The notes under the pieces: generated by a model
What the model was told of the DNA's origin: nothing
The model's input: only the letters and a program-made list of their open reading frames with translations
Database searches by the model: none
In this document: positions 1 through 12,866 of the stretch, one piece after another
Numbering within the stretch: the first letter of the stretch is position 1
How the letters are laid out: each line of letters begins with the position of its first letter
NCBI GenBank assembly: GCA_973895155.1
Contig: OZ316897.1
Location: 3,380,211 to 3,444,210, forward strand
Source: Marsupella aquatica
Lineage: Eukaryota > Plantae > Marchantiophyta
DNA length: 64,000 bases
Reading direction: 5' to 3'
Translations under genes and position numbers: made by a program

Positions 1-173
1 TTGCCTCTCCCTCCCCCTTCTCCCCTCCCCCTCTCCAGATGTGGGCCCAGGATAGAGGGTCGTGGATGCGTGATTCTGTGGGGAGGGAATGCAGGCTTGC
101 AGGTTGGGATTTTGGCAACTTCAACCGTTACGAATGGCCACAATATGTTCATGCCTGGTTTACTATTTGTGAA

Positions 174-1740
174 GTAGTTGGTGGACCCCCTAGCTATTTT
201 GCTTAGCAAGACTCAAGTAGGAGGAAACAAGGGCCACTATGTGCAAGGAGGAGAAAGAGACAAAGCAGATAGAGAGAGACAGAGAGATGATTAGGCGCAT
301 TACTACTAGCCAGTGCCTTGCTTTTGAGAGGCATAGAGAGCAATTTGAAATTTGAAAGGGTTCAGATCTCTAGATCACATCTCGTGATCCTAAATGAGTG
401 TCAACTATCTTCTTTGCAATAGTTTTGGATTAACCCAAGACTATAGGATGGCTTCAATCGATGCAAATATTTGCCCTTTCTCAATACTCAATTCATTACA
501 TACATTAAATCATCACTCAGATTGATCCTCTCCTCTATTTTGGATTTTCCTGGAAAATGAAGCATCTAGACTGTTTTACTTTCCATTCAATGCTTTGCCC
601 AGAATCATCCCCGGAATTATCCATCCATCCCGTGTTCAAAAGAAAATATATGGGATACAACCTTCTGATCTTGCTTTGAGTGGAGCTCAAAGTGGTTTGT
701 ATTCAGAGAATTACAATAATGAAGCTCATATAGGTTTATGACACTGGTGAATCGAGGACGTACTGTTGCGGAAAGTTGCGAGCTGTCTTAATGTTAAACA
801 TGGCTCAAGCTTAGAAGACCTCTGGTCCTTGAAACCTTGACAATTTTGTGGTGACACAAGCTCAGCCATGGGGATCAATGCATGGCCAGCTTTGTGATCA
901 AGTATAATTAAGAAGACTTTGAATACCTTCAAGCAGTCGCAGATTTTGTATTTACATGACTTTGCAGATTTTGCATTTACATAATTTCACTGCAGTCTTG
1001 TAAACAAATTGTAGTCAAGTACAGACTAGTGCTAGTGAGTCCGGTCTTCCCTTGGTTCTCACAATACTAAACATGAGAAGCGAGTGCCATTAGCCAGTTT
1101 TGCACTGAAACTACCCAAAGATTTTTGAGTTTGAAATGGTTTATGCAAATCACCAAAGGAATCTGGTCATGATGGCATTTATCAACCGGAGATAAGTGGG
1201 CATATGGAGAAGTTACCTAGCTTGCCAACTACTGGGCAGCTATTAGACTTCTTCTTGTCTTTATCGTCTTTGGATTTACCCCCATCGACCCCAAGACAAA
1301 CCAACGCCAATTGAAGACAAGTACAAGTACATTTTCAGGATAATCCAAATAGGTTAGATTATTCTCTGTATGTGTGAAAAACTAGACAATATTTGGGTAG
1401 TTACATAACTACCTTTCCTTTTTACAAGATCACTGTTTCATTATTGTTAAACACTCTTGTATGTAATAAAAAAGAATTATTTTACTTCTACAAAATAACT
1501 AAAGTAACTAAACCGGTTACTTGCTAAAAACAATTCATCTAGTCCTTTGTGTTTTTGTTTTCTCTATGCCTTGTTTTTACTGTGCGGCGACCAAGAATTT
1601 TCTTCCAAATTGGCACAAACAAGAAGGTAGCAGTTATTTTGATTCCCAATAAAGACTAGTGGTGTTTGGTGCACGTCACCATGACATGGTGTGCTGTGGT
1701 GCCTGGAATTTTGGAAAGGACCCCTCATGGCAGTCCGTAA
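174..1740. mobile_element. Non-autonomous TSD-less DNA element, copy 1 (same family as 55489-56325)
   Basis: Left end GTAGTTGGTGGACCCCCTAGCTA resembles TTAGTTCGTGGACCCCTTGGCTA at 55489. The right ~240 bp (1500-1740, ending GCTGTGGTGCCTGGAATTTTGGAAAGGACCCCTCATGGCAGTCCGTAA) is homologous to 56085-56325. Flanks rejoin as TGTGAA|CTAGT. No transposase ORF. Confidence 0.7.
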
Positions 1741-2857
1741 CTAGTGATGGAGGAGACTGGGCAGGATTGCATAGTCTAATATGTAGATGTTAGCTAATTG
1801 CAAGTCCCAAATTAGGGGTGTCACATCATGTCTAGTGCCCCACTCACGGCTTGAAGGGGATTGTGGGGGCCATTTCAGTTTTTTCCTCTCTCTGAGATGG
1901 AATCATAGTTGTGGGTTTGCAAGAACCGCCTGCACTTCACTTTTACAAAACTTTGGGGACACATTTTATGTCAAAGTTTCTGGATCCCTCATGGACATGC
2001 AATAGCAGGGCCTGTGTTTTGTTGACATGGAAGATTTCTTCTGCCAAAGTTTTAGACCACCTCTTGTCATTGTTTTTTCTTTTGTCCATTGGTCCATTTC
2101 TATATTCAGGCATTGCATTCCCTGGGACCCAACAAGGAGTGACTACCATGCCCTCCCAACACCATAGCATGAAGATCCATCATTGATTGAAAGAATTTGA
2201 CGAGCATTCTGATCTTCTCTGGTGACATCACACATCTCCTCCCTTGAAATCCACAAGTTGCGGCCCATTTCTGCTGTCGCTCTGCCCCCCCCCCCCCCCC
2301 CCCCCCTCTGCCCCCTCTCTCAAAGTGGATGTAGTTGGCTTTACATGAGGCTAAGAGCTGTTCTCCAGCAAGGTATAATTTTGCCCCTGTTTACTAACCT
2401 TAGACAGCAAATGGCTGCCATGGTCTTCTCAAGCCCCCTTAAGATGACCTATATCAGCAGGGTTTCTTTTAAGTGGAAAGAGGGGAAAACCCAAAACTTG
2501 TATTCCACAAGGGAGATAGTTGGAATGAAATCACCATCAACCACATAACACAACACTTTAAATAGCAAAGAGGCCCTGAACCCCAGCTATCTGATAAGTA
2601 GATTTTTGGAAGGACCCAAACCTGAAAGTTTTTTCCAAAAATCCTGAAAGCTTTCAAAATGAAAGCAGCCTGGGGTAGCCATAAGTATATCCTGCTGTAA
2701 ATTCCTTTGTAAGACTATAAGGATGGTAGCTACCCATAGGAGGAGAATGACTACATACATTTCACACATGTGATTTGTTAAAATTGAGTCGTTACTTGTC
2801 GTCTATGGCACTCTGTCCACAATGAAGACTGGATCTGCAATACCACTGGTGGAGAAT

Positions 2858-2930
2858 TGCTTGTGTTTGCCTACTAATAGTAATTCTATATATCTGCTTG
2901 TGTTTGCCTACTAATAGTAATTCTATATAT
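2858..2930. repeat. Tandem duplication, ~38-bp unit x2
   Basis: TGCTTGTGTTTGCCTACTAATAGTAATTCTATATA occurs twice in tandem. Confidence 0.85.
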
Positions 2931-3329
2931 AAGTCTCTACCTGTTCGACACATATTGTGGAAGGCTTGCTTCTCTGGATATTGATACCTGAGCTTTGTCC
3001 ATCCTCAATAAGATTATGAGATGTAATCAGGAAGGATCCAAGGAGCTCTATCAGTATCCAAAGAATCAAGCCTTACAGAGTTTGTGTCAAACAAGGGAAA
3101 ACTCATAGAGGACTTCTGTAGACCAAAAAAAGCAACTCTCCACATGTGGTGTTGCGGATCATGTCTTCCTTGTGGACAAATGTCATAGACAACAACTAAC
3201 AATTCTATTGGAGAAATCCAGTGTGAGGCTTTTTGTAATCATAGTTACATGTGTTATCTTAAACCTGCCCTGAACCTACATGTAGTGTGTTGATGGGGCA
3301 TAGATCCATGTCATAATCATTGGATGTTA

Positions 3330-3680
3330 TGTTACGTACAGTACTCAAAGAAACATTGTATGCAACATCCAACAAAACACACAAGTAGTTGACACAAGAG
3401 ATATATGGTTCACCTCTCTAGAGGCTACATCCATAGGAAAATACAAGATAGCTTTACTTAGCACTATGCCTTTCGCTCATACTGAGTCTCCATGGACTAA
3501 GAGCTCTCTTAATCTTAGATGACTTTGTAATAATGAGCCTAAGTTTCACTCAGTCACATGCTAAGTCTCCTAGTGAATATTTGAATGAATATAGTAGTGG
3601 CCTACCATAGATAATTTACTAAATTATAACATGTTTGTGTGGGGTACAACCCATTGGGTCACACTCAGAAAGCCTCAACA
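3330..3680 (-). mobile_element. Degenerate solo LTR (Ty1/copia-type)
   Basis: GACACAAGAGATATATGGTTCACCTC...GGCTACATCCATAGGAAA...AGCTTTACT is shared with the LTRs at 23165, 53782 and 55224. Ends CTCAACA at 3680. Left boundary approximate. Confidence 0.6.
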
Positions 3681-4097
3681 AACAAAGCAATACTAGCCCA
3701 AATTACTCTAGCTGGGCAGGAAACCTTCTTTGTACCAAGACTCCTCATGCCCAACCCTATCTGCAAGCATAGTATATTCCCATAGAAACTACGTTTTATG
3801 GCTTCACTCTATGGAGTAGATCATGAGCCACAGACTTTGGTCGTGAATTATGGTATAGATCTGTGCCCCACCTGTCAAATTGGAACCCATTTTTTAAGCC
3901 TACTTTTGAAAAATTTCTTGAATGAAAGACCTAATGTTTGGACCACCCAAGGTGGTCTAAAATTATAGAAGAAATAAGCACTCCAAGACAGTCAGCATTT
4001 TCTTGGATCCAGATCTTGCCGTGTAGGAGCACTAGACACCATACCTGAATGTGCCCTGGGTTCTTGGAAAGCCAACCGCAGGCATTTCCACTCATTA

Positions 4098-4322
4098 TTC
4101 TGTCCAGATTTAATCTAAAAATCAAGAAAAAGAAGCCCCATTGGCCCCCCTACTTCTTCTAAAGCCACCCTGAGCGAGCACTTGATTTATATGCTTGCTT
4201 CAGTAGATGGGTTACAATCACTATTCTGCCCAGATTTAATCTAAAAGTAAATATAGAGAAGCCTCATTGGGCCCCCTATTCCTTGTAAAGCCACCCTGAG
4301 CACTTGATTTATACGGCTTGCT
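4098..4322. repeat. Tandem duplication, ~126-bp unit x2
   Basis: TTCTG(T/C)CCAGATTTAATCTAAAA...GAAGCC(C/T)CATTGG...TAAAGCCACCCTGAGC...ACTTGATTTATA occurs twice. Confidence 0.8.
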
Positions 4323-6295
4323 CTAGTTGGTCCTAAAGCATGTCTGATTATTCTCCTGCTCTATGGTCTGGAAGCTCTCACAAGCCCATTATGATACCAT
4401 GTGAAGTAAATTTCAATACAACTAGTTTGTTTTGGAGCAGTTGGACTGGGAATCATTTTGGGTCGTGCTCATGAACTCCTCCAAATAGGCTCTTCTCCAG
4501 TGTCTAAGAGCCCTTATCAGAGGATGGAGGATAATTTCAATTGATATAAAGCAAAAAAAAAACAAATATTTTATATTTGACCACATACAGGCCTCGGCTA
4601 AGAAAATTCTCTTGTTTCTTGCTTTTATGTAGAATAACTTTAACTGATGTAAAGCATCCTAGTATAAGCAACTTCATACTATGACGAGTCTAAGTATATA
4701 TTCAAGCTGTCAAATAACAAAACAAAAACTAAATCAGGGCAAGAATGTGTTACTGTTGCATTATTTTCTGGAATTAAATATTTGCCAAAATCTAGCGCAA
4801 ATTGGGATGGCACTATGGTATACCCATAACAGTTGTTGGCTTAGAACCTGGATTCATGCCCTCTCCGATGCTAGATGGCTGGCTAGGTCCACTCTAAGCC
4901 CAAGACAAAGGCCCTTGTGATGTTTTTGCGTTGGTGCTGCAGCTCGTACTTGTGGTCCCAACTGCTTCTCAGGTCCAATGTGTTCTCTTGCGTGCTGGTC
5001 TTTCCCGGGAGCTTGATTTAATACATTTGGTGCACTGTCACCTTTTCAAAACACAAAAACCAGGTCTTAAGAAAAAAAAAAAAAAACTTCCACTGTCACT
5101 TGAGGTGACAGTGGAAGTTTGCTTTCATAGAGAATCTAAATAGACAGGTATTTAGATTCTCCGTGTCCATGCACTTTTGACTGAGTCTATCCCATGTGTG
5201 CCTCCTAGGTCAACAATCCATTTGTGTTTGTGGGGCCTTTTTTTGGAGCTATAGGGGGTTTATCTACTCAGGTGTGGTCACGGGGTGACGGGGGTGAGAA
5301 AACAGCAACACAAGAGTATATACTTAATGTGGTGGTAACCATCTGTTGGGAGTTGGGATCAGCATTTTTTTTAGTGGCAAAAATTCATGATTCCACCCAT
5401 CAAAACGCTTTGCCACTTCTGGCAAATATTTACCAGGTTTTCTGTATCCCACTAGCAAGTTTCCCACCTAGGCACAGGTCCCATCAGTTAGAATCTAAAG
5501 ATCATCCTTAAATTTAGGGAGATTTAAAGGTAAGAAAACAATTCTGGGAAATCCAGTAAATACTACTCCTAGCATCTTCTCCTTCACACAGTCTGACATT
5601 TGCACAGGCATTTGCCATACCGGAAAAAAGATAAACCTTAAAGATACTGTGGTGTGATACCATGTCGCAATGATGGTGTTCTTGACCTGGGATGGGCTGA
5701 TCTTGTCTTGTCTAGGGCAAGAGTTTGTGCGCTACAGGATGTGGTCCTTGCAAATCCTACTAGGAAGAGCCATGTTACAGTTTGTACCCATCTGCCGGGC
5801 CAAGCTGTAGCCAAGGCAACCTGGCTCAAAGAGCAGGCATATGCTTCTGACCATGCTAGCTACTGCCTTGGGGTTTGTTTTACCCAATTTATTTTGAGGT
5901 CTTTGGGGCTCTCACCTATCTTTGACAGTTTCTTGCAAGCATGTACCATCTTTGTGTAGAGTAGCTACCGTACCCCCCATTTTCTGTCCTGGGTACGTTC
6001 TTTACAAAGGCATACTACAGATTGAGCCATTACCTATTCTTGAGAGGGCAGAGGGTGTTGGTTTGAGGGACTCTGAACATTGATATCACTCTTTTACTCT
6101 TTGCGACCCTCCTATGAGGTTTAATTTGGAGCTTTACCCTTGTAGGTTTTAGTTCCTTTGAGTTTCTGTAGAATCTTGGGCTTTTTGGCTTTGAATTTCA
6201 TTGTCTGAGGGTTTTCTTTTGTCTTTATTGGGTCTCCTACCTTTGGATCCTATCTCCCATTTGGCTCATTGTATATGATAAGATGTTTTTATCAG

Positions 6296-6456
6296 GAGGT
6301 ATTTGCTTGATAGGACCCCAAAATGAAAAGAGTTAATTGATAGGACCCCTGAGGTCTTGGGTAAGTTGATTCAATGTCTCTCAAGGTCAATCAACAATCT
6401 GGATCTCTCAGGGTGTTATAAAATCACACTTTTCATTTTGGGGTCAAATAACTCTC
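6296..6456. mobile_element. MITE with long imperfect TIRs (Mutator-like); related to 52260-52436 and ~22605-22671
   Basis: GAGGTATTTGCTTGATAGGACCCCAAAATGAAAAG is inverted relative to CTTTTCATTTTGGGGTCAAATAACTCTC. Flanks are TTATCAG and TTATCCG. Confidence 0.6.
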
Positions 6457-7307
6457 TTATCCGAGACCATAATACTTTTCCCAACAAACGTTTTCCTTTT
6501 CTGCTTTATTTTTCCTAGCAAATAATGTTATCCCCCGTGTAAGCGGTACAATATTGTGAACGTGGTACAGTAACGTTACAAACAGCTCATGTTAATTGAA
6601 GACATCGTAAATAATACTTACGGAGTAGTACGGACGGACTGCTGAAAAGTCCAGTCACTCATCATACGCTTCAAACTAGAATCTTTAAAGTACGGTGAGT
6701 ACCGTACAATGGCCAACTTTGCGGAAAGTAGCAGTAGAATGGCGGTATTTGATGTCGGGGTGCGTGCTTAGTCGTAACACGTGACGTTTCTCACACCGTT
6801 CGATTCGGAACTTGGTGACGTGTCATGTTCGTCATCGTTAGATTCGTAGTCAGATAGGGATATTCTGTAAATAGAATCTCGAGTTGTACCATGCTATGGG
6901 CAAAGTGAAGCAGGACGAGAGGTGTTATCTGTTTGAAATAGGGGCCAGCTAGATACTATCCGGTTCGACTTACGTAAGGAGGAAGAGAAGTTCGCGACAT
7001 TTCATGCTATGGGAAAAAAGGATCAGTCCTTCCAGATACTATCCGGGTCTGGTGATGCAAGCTATTTGACTCCGCTGGTCTATGTCCCTATAACGCCCCT
7101 TTGGGGGTTCGTGTGGGGTCCTCGAGTTTCATGCTGTGAAGGGTATCCCAATTCCCTAATGACTCGGTGAATGGGGGGGCTTTGACCAAGCGATAGGATC
7201 AGCGGAGTGCGAAATTCCACGAAGGGACTCTTTTATAGTCTATTGTGTGTATGTATGGTATAACGGCATAATACCTAAGTTGCATTTGAGTGGAAGAGTC
7301 AAAACAA

Positions 7308-8003
7308 TCAAATAGTCAATTGGGATGACAACCCTCTTCGTTTTTGTAACTTGAAAAATCGTGGTTTCTTCTGTTGGTGGGTGCTTTCTAGCTTGTGTTC
7401 TTGGGCCAGTTTGACCGCCTGGCTGGTAGGGGTTCTCTTCCCCCACCCTGAAAAACAATAATTGAAACGGAGAGTTTTGTAGTAAGACAGAAAGTCAGAA
7501 GAGAGGACAATGCTAAATAAAATGCCCCACAAGTAACTCCAAGAAGAAAAATCACCAAGCATAGGAGAAGAGCGACAGAACCTGAGATAGATCTACGACC
7601 CTTACTTACTCCATATTAGATGCCCCGGTGTAGCCTCCAGGTGTTCAGTGTTCCCATACAATGCCAGGGGCCAACTGGCAGACTTCAGTGACTTGGATAT
7701 CAGTCCAATGGAATTTGAGGGCACATTTGGGGGCCTATGGCACACAGAGTAGGGCTCTAAGCTTCTTTGCAATCCAAGCCTGACAAGGTAAAAAAGTAAT
7801 GAAGATGAAGCAGACTTAAAAAAATCTTTGGCCATGGATAAGTTGACGTGTGAATCGAGGGGTGAAGAGAACCCTTAGGAACTTTTGCATTGTTTTCCAC
7901 CATCCAGAAAAGAGCACTTCACCGTGTCAGTGCAATCCATGATATCATAGCACGCAAGTGACACCTTCTTGTTTTGGAGTGACACGTCTCAGAGCATGTT
8001 TCT
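7308..8003 (-). pseudogene. Decayed intron-containing gene or transposon ORF of unknown family
   Basis: Minus-strand acceptors (CTTTCAG near 8003, CTTGTCAG near 7780, TTTTTCAG at 7448) and donor GA|GTAAGT at 7609 delimit exon-like segments. These read KHALRRVTPKQEGVTCVL*YHGLH*HGEVLFSGWWK and AWIAKKLRALLCVP*APK...WEH*TPGGYTGASNME|VGKRTP. The stops are TGA/TAG, consistent with C-to-T decay of CGA/CAG. Confidence 0.35.
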
Positions 8004-10477
8004 GAAAGTGGTAGCAATTATTGAGCATAATGGGGCCGCAATTATGTTAAAAGTGTTCCTCCCTTTTCTTGTAACTTGAGGATCAATTCTCCTGAACTTT
8101 AAGTTCTTTTGTGATAGGCCTTTTAGTTGCCACTCACACAACATTTGACTCACTAGAGTGTGCTTATGATCAATATGTGTTAATCCAAGCTTGAGAAGGG
8201 CGTGTGCCTACCCAAGCTAGAGGGGGTGGCCTCAATCGAATGAAAGCTTTTACCACAGATAGCAGCAAATTTATTTGTTAGACTGACAATTATCCCAGAT
8301 TGCCCAAAAACGGGTTTTCGTTATTTGCCAACTACAGAATCTCTTGAGCCTGTTTCTTTAGACTGTACACCCCCTCCAAACCAATGCTTCATATTCTCAA
8401 CTGAAGGGCAGTGTTTATGTGGATTGTACCTCATAGGCTGTCTCATAGGCTTCTGCTTCCATTTGCTCCCATGTAATGCCCTCAGATCCTTTCACTGGGG
8501 CCTATTGATTGGCTGAGAAAGGCCTGCCAATTGGCCAAATAAGCTTGGACTACCAAACCAAGTAGCTTTTGCTAGATACAGTAGGTGACTGATGAGTCAC
8601 AAAAGCCAGCTTTAATGGAACAGGAAAGGTAGTCGGATAAGAATGAAAGGCCTGCTTGCAAATTCAACAATATAGGTGTGCTGCATGTGATGGTATATTT
8701 ATCAAGCGTTTCTTTTCAGGTGTTTCTAGGTTCTCCCCAAGAACTGGATTCGCCCCTCCTACAAATAGGTCGTTTCTGGCCTTCACAAAAAGGTTCAAAT
8801 TATCAGTTGGGAGCATTATTGGAGCACCCTATTCAGACAAAACCTAAAGCCGGCATGGACCTAGGAGTTTGACAAAAGTTCCGCATGGACTGCAAACAAA
8901 CTTTATTGTAACTCAGATAGTATTTTTCATTTGTAAAAAACAACCACACTTTGTTTCGTCAAAAAGTGATCTGGTCCATCCGAGGTTCATGGACTGCTAA
9001 TCCGAACATTAATTTCAGGATGACCCAAAACCTTCACGAGAAATTAATTTCCCAAAACCTTCACGAGAGAAAGTGGGCTTGAGGTCTTGAAAAAGCTTCC
9101 TTCCCTGATGGCGTAAAAATATACTTTTCAAAATCATTACTGTAGTTGCATCAAAGGAACTGGATCATTTTGAAGGATCCAGTTCCTTTTTGGCCGGGGA
9201 AAAAGGGATTTTCCACGTGGAATCATATCTGCCTTTGTTGCCCTTTGAGCACATGGTCTGTTCCTTATCATTTAGAAAGGGTGCCTTTATGCATTTCTGA
9301 GGTCTACTTGCCTAATTGTTTATTTGTTTCTTGAACAGGTCTTTCCAACTCCCAGGTTTTCACTTGCACCAGATTTGACCAGGCTTGGTTGTGTTCTTCT
9401 CAATCCACATCCTGAATGTGTTTCATTTCCTTTCTTTTTTAGACCACCACTGGCCATATAAAAAGAGGAGTGTCAAAAACTTCTCACTTTTTCATGTTCC
9501 TCTCCTCTACCCTGAAACTTTGCTCCACAATTTTGGGAAAGAGTACTAAAAATGGTGCAATCTATCTAGCCACATTTTTGTCAGTTTAAATGGGAAAGCC
9601 ATTTGATCTCTTTCCTCTTTCCATTTTACATGAGCTCCAACCCAACTTCTTTTGCCTGGGCATCAAAGTGTAAATTCTCATAGGCTCTGAATATAATGTC
9701 AATCACATGTGAGTACTAATACATGTAAAACTCAAAATTGCATGACAAGGTACGATTCTTGATTAGCTGAAACATTCTCATGTGATTCAGAGACTCTTTG
9801 AAGAGCTAATTATAGTTGCTACTAGAGTTTAGTTACTCATTGTTTGACCGTCTCCTTGGACTACTGACCATGGCAGTCAGCACGCTACTCTGTTTCCAGT
9901 TCTTAGAATGTTGTGCCCATGTGGGCTATGCAGTAATGCACCTGTTCGTTTGATATAATCCACACCCCCCCACCCCTTCGAACACCTAAAGAAAGAGAAA
10001 AGGAGACTTTCACCTACAAGTTGGGATTGAAATTGAAAACTGGAGAACCAATTTCTGAAACAGGGTCAACAAAGTACAAGGGAGATACGTCAGGGAGAAG
10101 ACCAAAGAAAATTCAAGACTACTTCAACGGTCTACAAACCTAATCCATAACTTGAGTCATAGAATTTGAATATATGATGAGATATGTGATGAGAAGACCT
10201 GCATGTGATCAAAACACTTAAAAAAGGCTTGCATGTGAATACGCACTAGCCTAGCTATTTCCGTATTGACCAAATGACTGTGAGATGCCAGATTGAAGGG
10301 CAATGACAAACTAAATAGCACAACCCCAATTTTCATGTTTAGCCGTTAGTGGCACCACTAGACCAAAACAAATGTCTGTTATTCCAATATCTCACGTTTC
10401 CATGGAGAGTTGGTAGTAGTGAACCCTTTCATTGGATACAACTACAATTTACCGTTGGATTTCATTGGTCTACTTGG

Positions 10478-10853
10478 AGCCTTGTCCCTTTCCTTTGTAG
10501 CCCTGTAATTAAGTGTTAGAACTTTTAAGTACATTTGTAACTAAAGATGTTTGAATTTATAATATTACTATTATATTTTTATATTTATACAAATGTTATG
10601 GTTTGTTATCTGGATAACAAGCCTTGTCCTTTTCCTTTGTCGCCTCGTAGTTAAGTGTTATAACTCTTAAGTACATTACAACTAAAGATGTTTGAATATT
10701 ATCACTTTTTTTTTATATTGATACAAATGTTATGGTTTCTTATATGGATGGCAAGCTCACTAGGGGAATTGTCAATTTTGTTAATACAAAAACATGACAA
10801 TATTATAAATTCAAACATCTTGTACTTAAAAGTTGTAACACTTAATTACGGGG
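10478..10853. repeat. AT-rich MITE-like foldback with one arm tandemly duplicated
   Basis: A ~140-bp unit (GCCTTGTCC...TAAGTGTTA...AAGATGTTTGAAT...ATACAAATGTTATGGTTT) occurs at 10478 and 10621. An inverted partial copy (AAATTCAAACATCTT...AACACTTAATTAC) lies at ~10799-10853. Confidence 0.65.
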
Positions 10854-12866
10854 AAAGGATTCGTGTAGTTAGTGTGAGTTGACTAAACGCTGAAGTGTGG
10901 TCAATCAGGATAATCATGATTAACGGTGTAGAATTCGTGTAATTAGTGTGAGTGTAGTCAATCATGATTAACTGTGTTTGCTGGAGTTTACGGCGCGACT
11001 AATCCTGGTTTTCGCCTCGGGGGACTGTAGGAGACTAGGAGGAGTAGGAGCCCTCTCTCCGCTTTCTTCGTTGGCCGCATTCGCTACCGGGTCGATGAAA
11101 GTAGAGAATTCCGGAGCGCGGCAGTTGCGTAGAATGCGTTCCGTGGCGGAGGTCATCTCCGCCATTGGCGCGCGCGACCCTCTTTTACTCCACTACTCTC
11201 TTCCTCCGCCCTTCGCATCCGTTCGGCGAGCACGTCCGCTCTCGTCGGCCACTTTTCATCGCTCGATAGATCGCTTCTCGAGTCCCGAGTCTCCTCTAGT
11301 CGACGACCTGCTCGAGTCCTCCCCTCCCCCTCCTCTCCGTCACTGCGCCTCGGTACTAGTGTACTAGCTCGACGTTGAGTGTTTCCTCTCCCGACATTAT
11401 TACAGGATTGGCACTGTTGATCACTCGGCCTGTCTTGTGGTGCTCTGTCTGCCAGACAGCCGTGGCTGTCACACATTCGTGGTGGCTTGCTAGCTCGCTC
11501 ATTCGGTCATCGATTTGCTCACTATCTTGCGCATTTAGCTCTTCCACCACCACGTCTGCACGGCGCGTAGAGGAAGAGCGCGCTCTCTTTCGAAAACTGG
11601 TCAACGGGGAAGGAACAGGGTGGTTGGAGGGATGGATCGTTGATGGATCGTCGGGATAGGATGGATGAGGGAAATTGATTTCCGGTTTCTGATTGATTTG
11701 ATTGCGGAAGCTGTGAGCAGATCGCTACAGCAGCTCAAAATTCGTTTTCATGAAATTGTTTTGTCTGATAGCGACTTCCAGTATTTCGCGGCCATTTCGG
11801 TGCTGTTCGTTTCCAGTGGCAGCATCAGCAGCAGTAGCTTATTCTTCGCCAGGATGACGATCGTCATGGTGTCGAGAGAGGAGGTACTATGGATTGGTGA
11901 TTATACTTGAGATTTTCTCGTCCCTCAGCTCGCTTTTCCCTGTCAGTTTGTCTGTCTCTCCATGTCTCTTCATGTCCCTAACTCCTGTGTTGGAGATGCC
12001 ATGCATAAGCTCGGCATACTTATCGACGTGAACCTGTTGAGAACATGTTCACTGCGTACTAGTGGAAGAATTAGCGTGCTAATGAATGAGCTTAGATCTC
12101 TGGAGGTGAGCAGATTGGGAATCTGTCTGTTCACGCGCAGTAGTAGTCGAAGAATTGGTTCCGTTAATGCGATAGCTTCGCACAGCTGGCTTTATATTCG
12201 ATGAACGATTTTCCTCTCTCTTGGTGCTGATGCTGATGCTCTTGCGAGCGAATTGCTCTGATTGTTGTTGTCCAATTGCTGCGACTCACGTATCCTTTCT
12301 ATGTGCAGGGTAAGTACTAAGTAGCTACCGCCGCTGGTTAAAATTAAGGGATTAGGAGGCTTCCTCTGTCGGGTCTCGCTCCACTTCAAAATCCGATTTG
12401 GTTTGTGCTGTTTAACGATGATGTCGATGGAGTTGGAATTACGGATTGGGAAGAAAACCGTAGTAGGGAGGTGGAGGACAGGAAGGGGTGTCAGTACTGT
12501 AGCGTTTTAGTAGTGCGAGGAAGTCAAATTCGTCAAGGGCCAACTTCTTCTGGAAAGTGCGGGGCCTGGGTTATCCAAACAGGAGTGGAAATCAAGGTCA
12601 GTGCGTGCTCGCATTGCAATCGACGCACGAGTGAAGACAAGTGAAGATAGAATTCGGATATTGGAGGTATGGAGATGACATCCGAGGGGTAAATCATGGT
12701 CGAGCAGAAGCTCCTGTTCGCTCGATAGACATTTAGTGCGGTATGAGAGCTGCAGCATTGTTTAAAAATCTGTTTACTCAAAGGAGGAGCTGATTGTTTG
12801 ATTGTCAGACCGCTGGTACAGTGAGGTACGAAATTCCCTCTCGGCTGCTGCAAAGATAGAGGAAGA

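Noticed and set aside
1900-3200. Short ORFs that might be transposase remnants
   Set aside because: No recognisable motif in any frame, so a call cannot be supported without a homology search.
8586-8610. CTGATGAG hammerhead-like core
   Set aside because: It forms only a simple GTGAC/GTCAC hairpin, with no stem II plus GAAA in the right geometry. The same applies to the motifs near 22465, 46958 and 54797.
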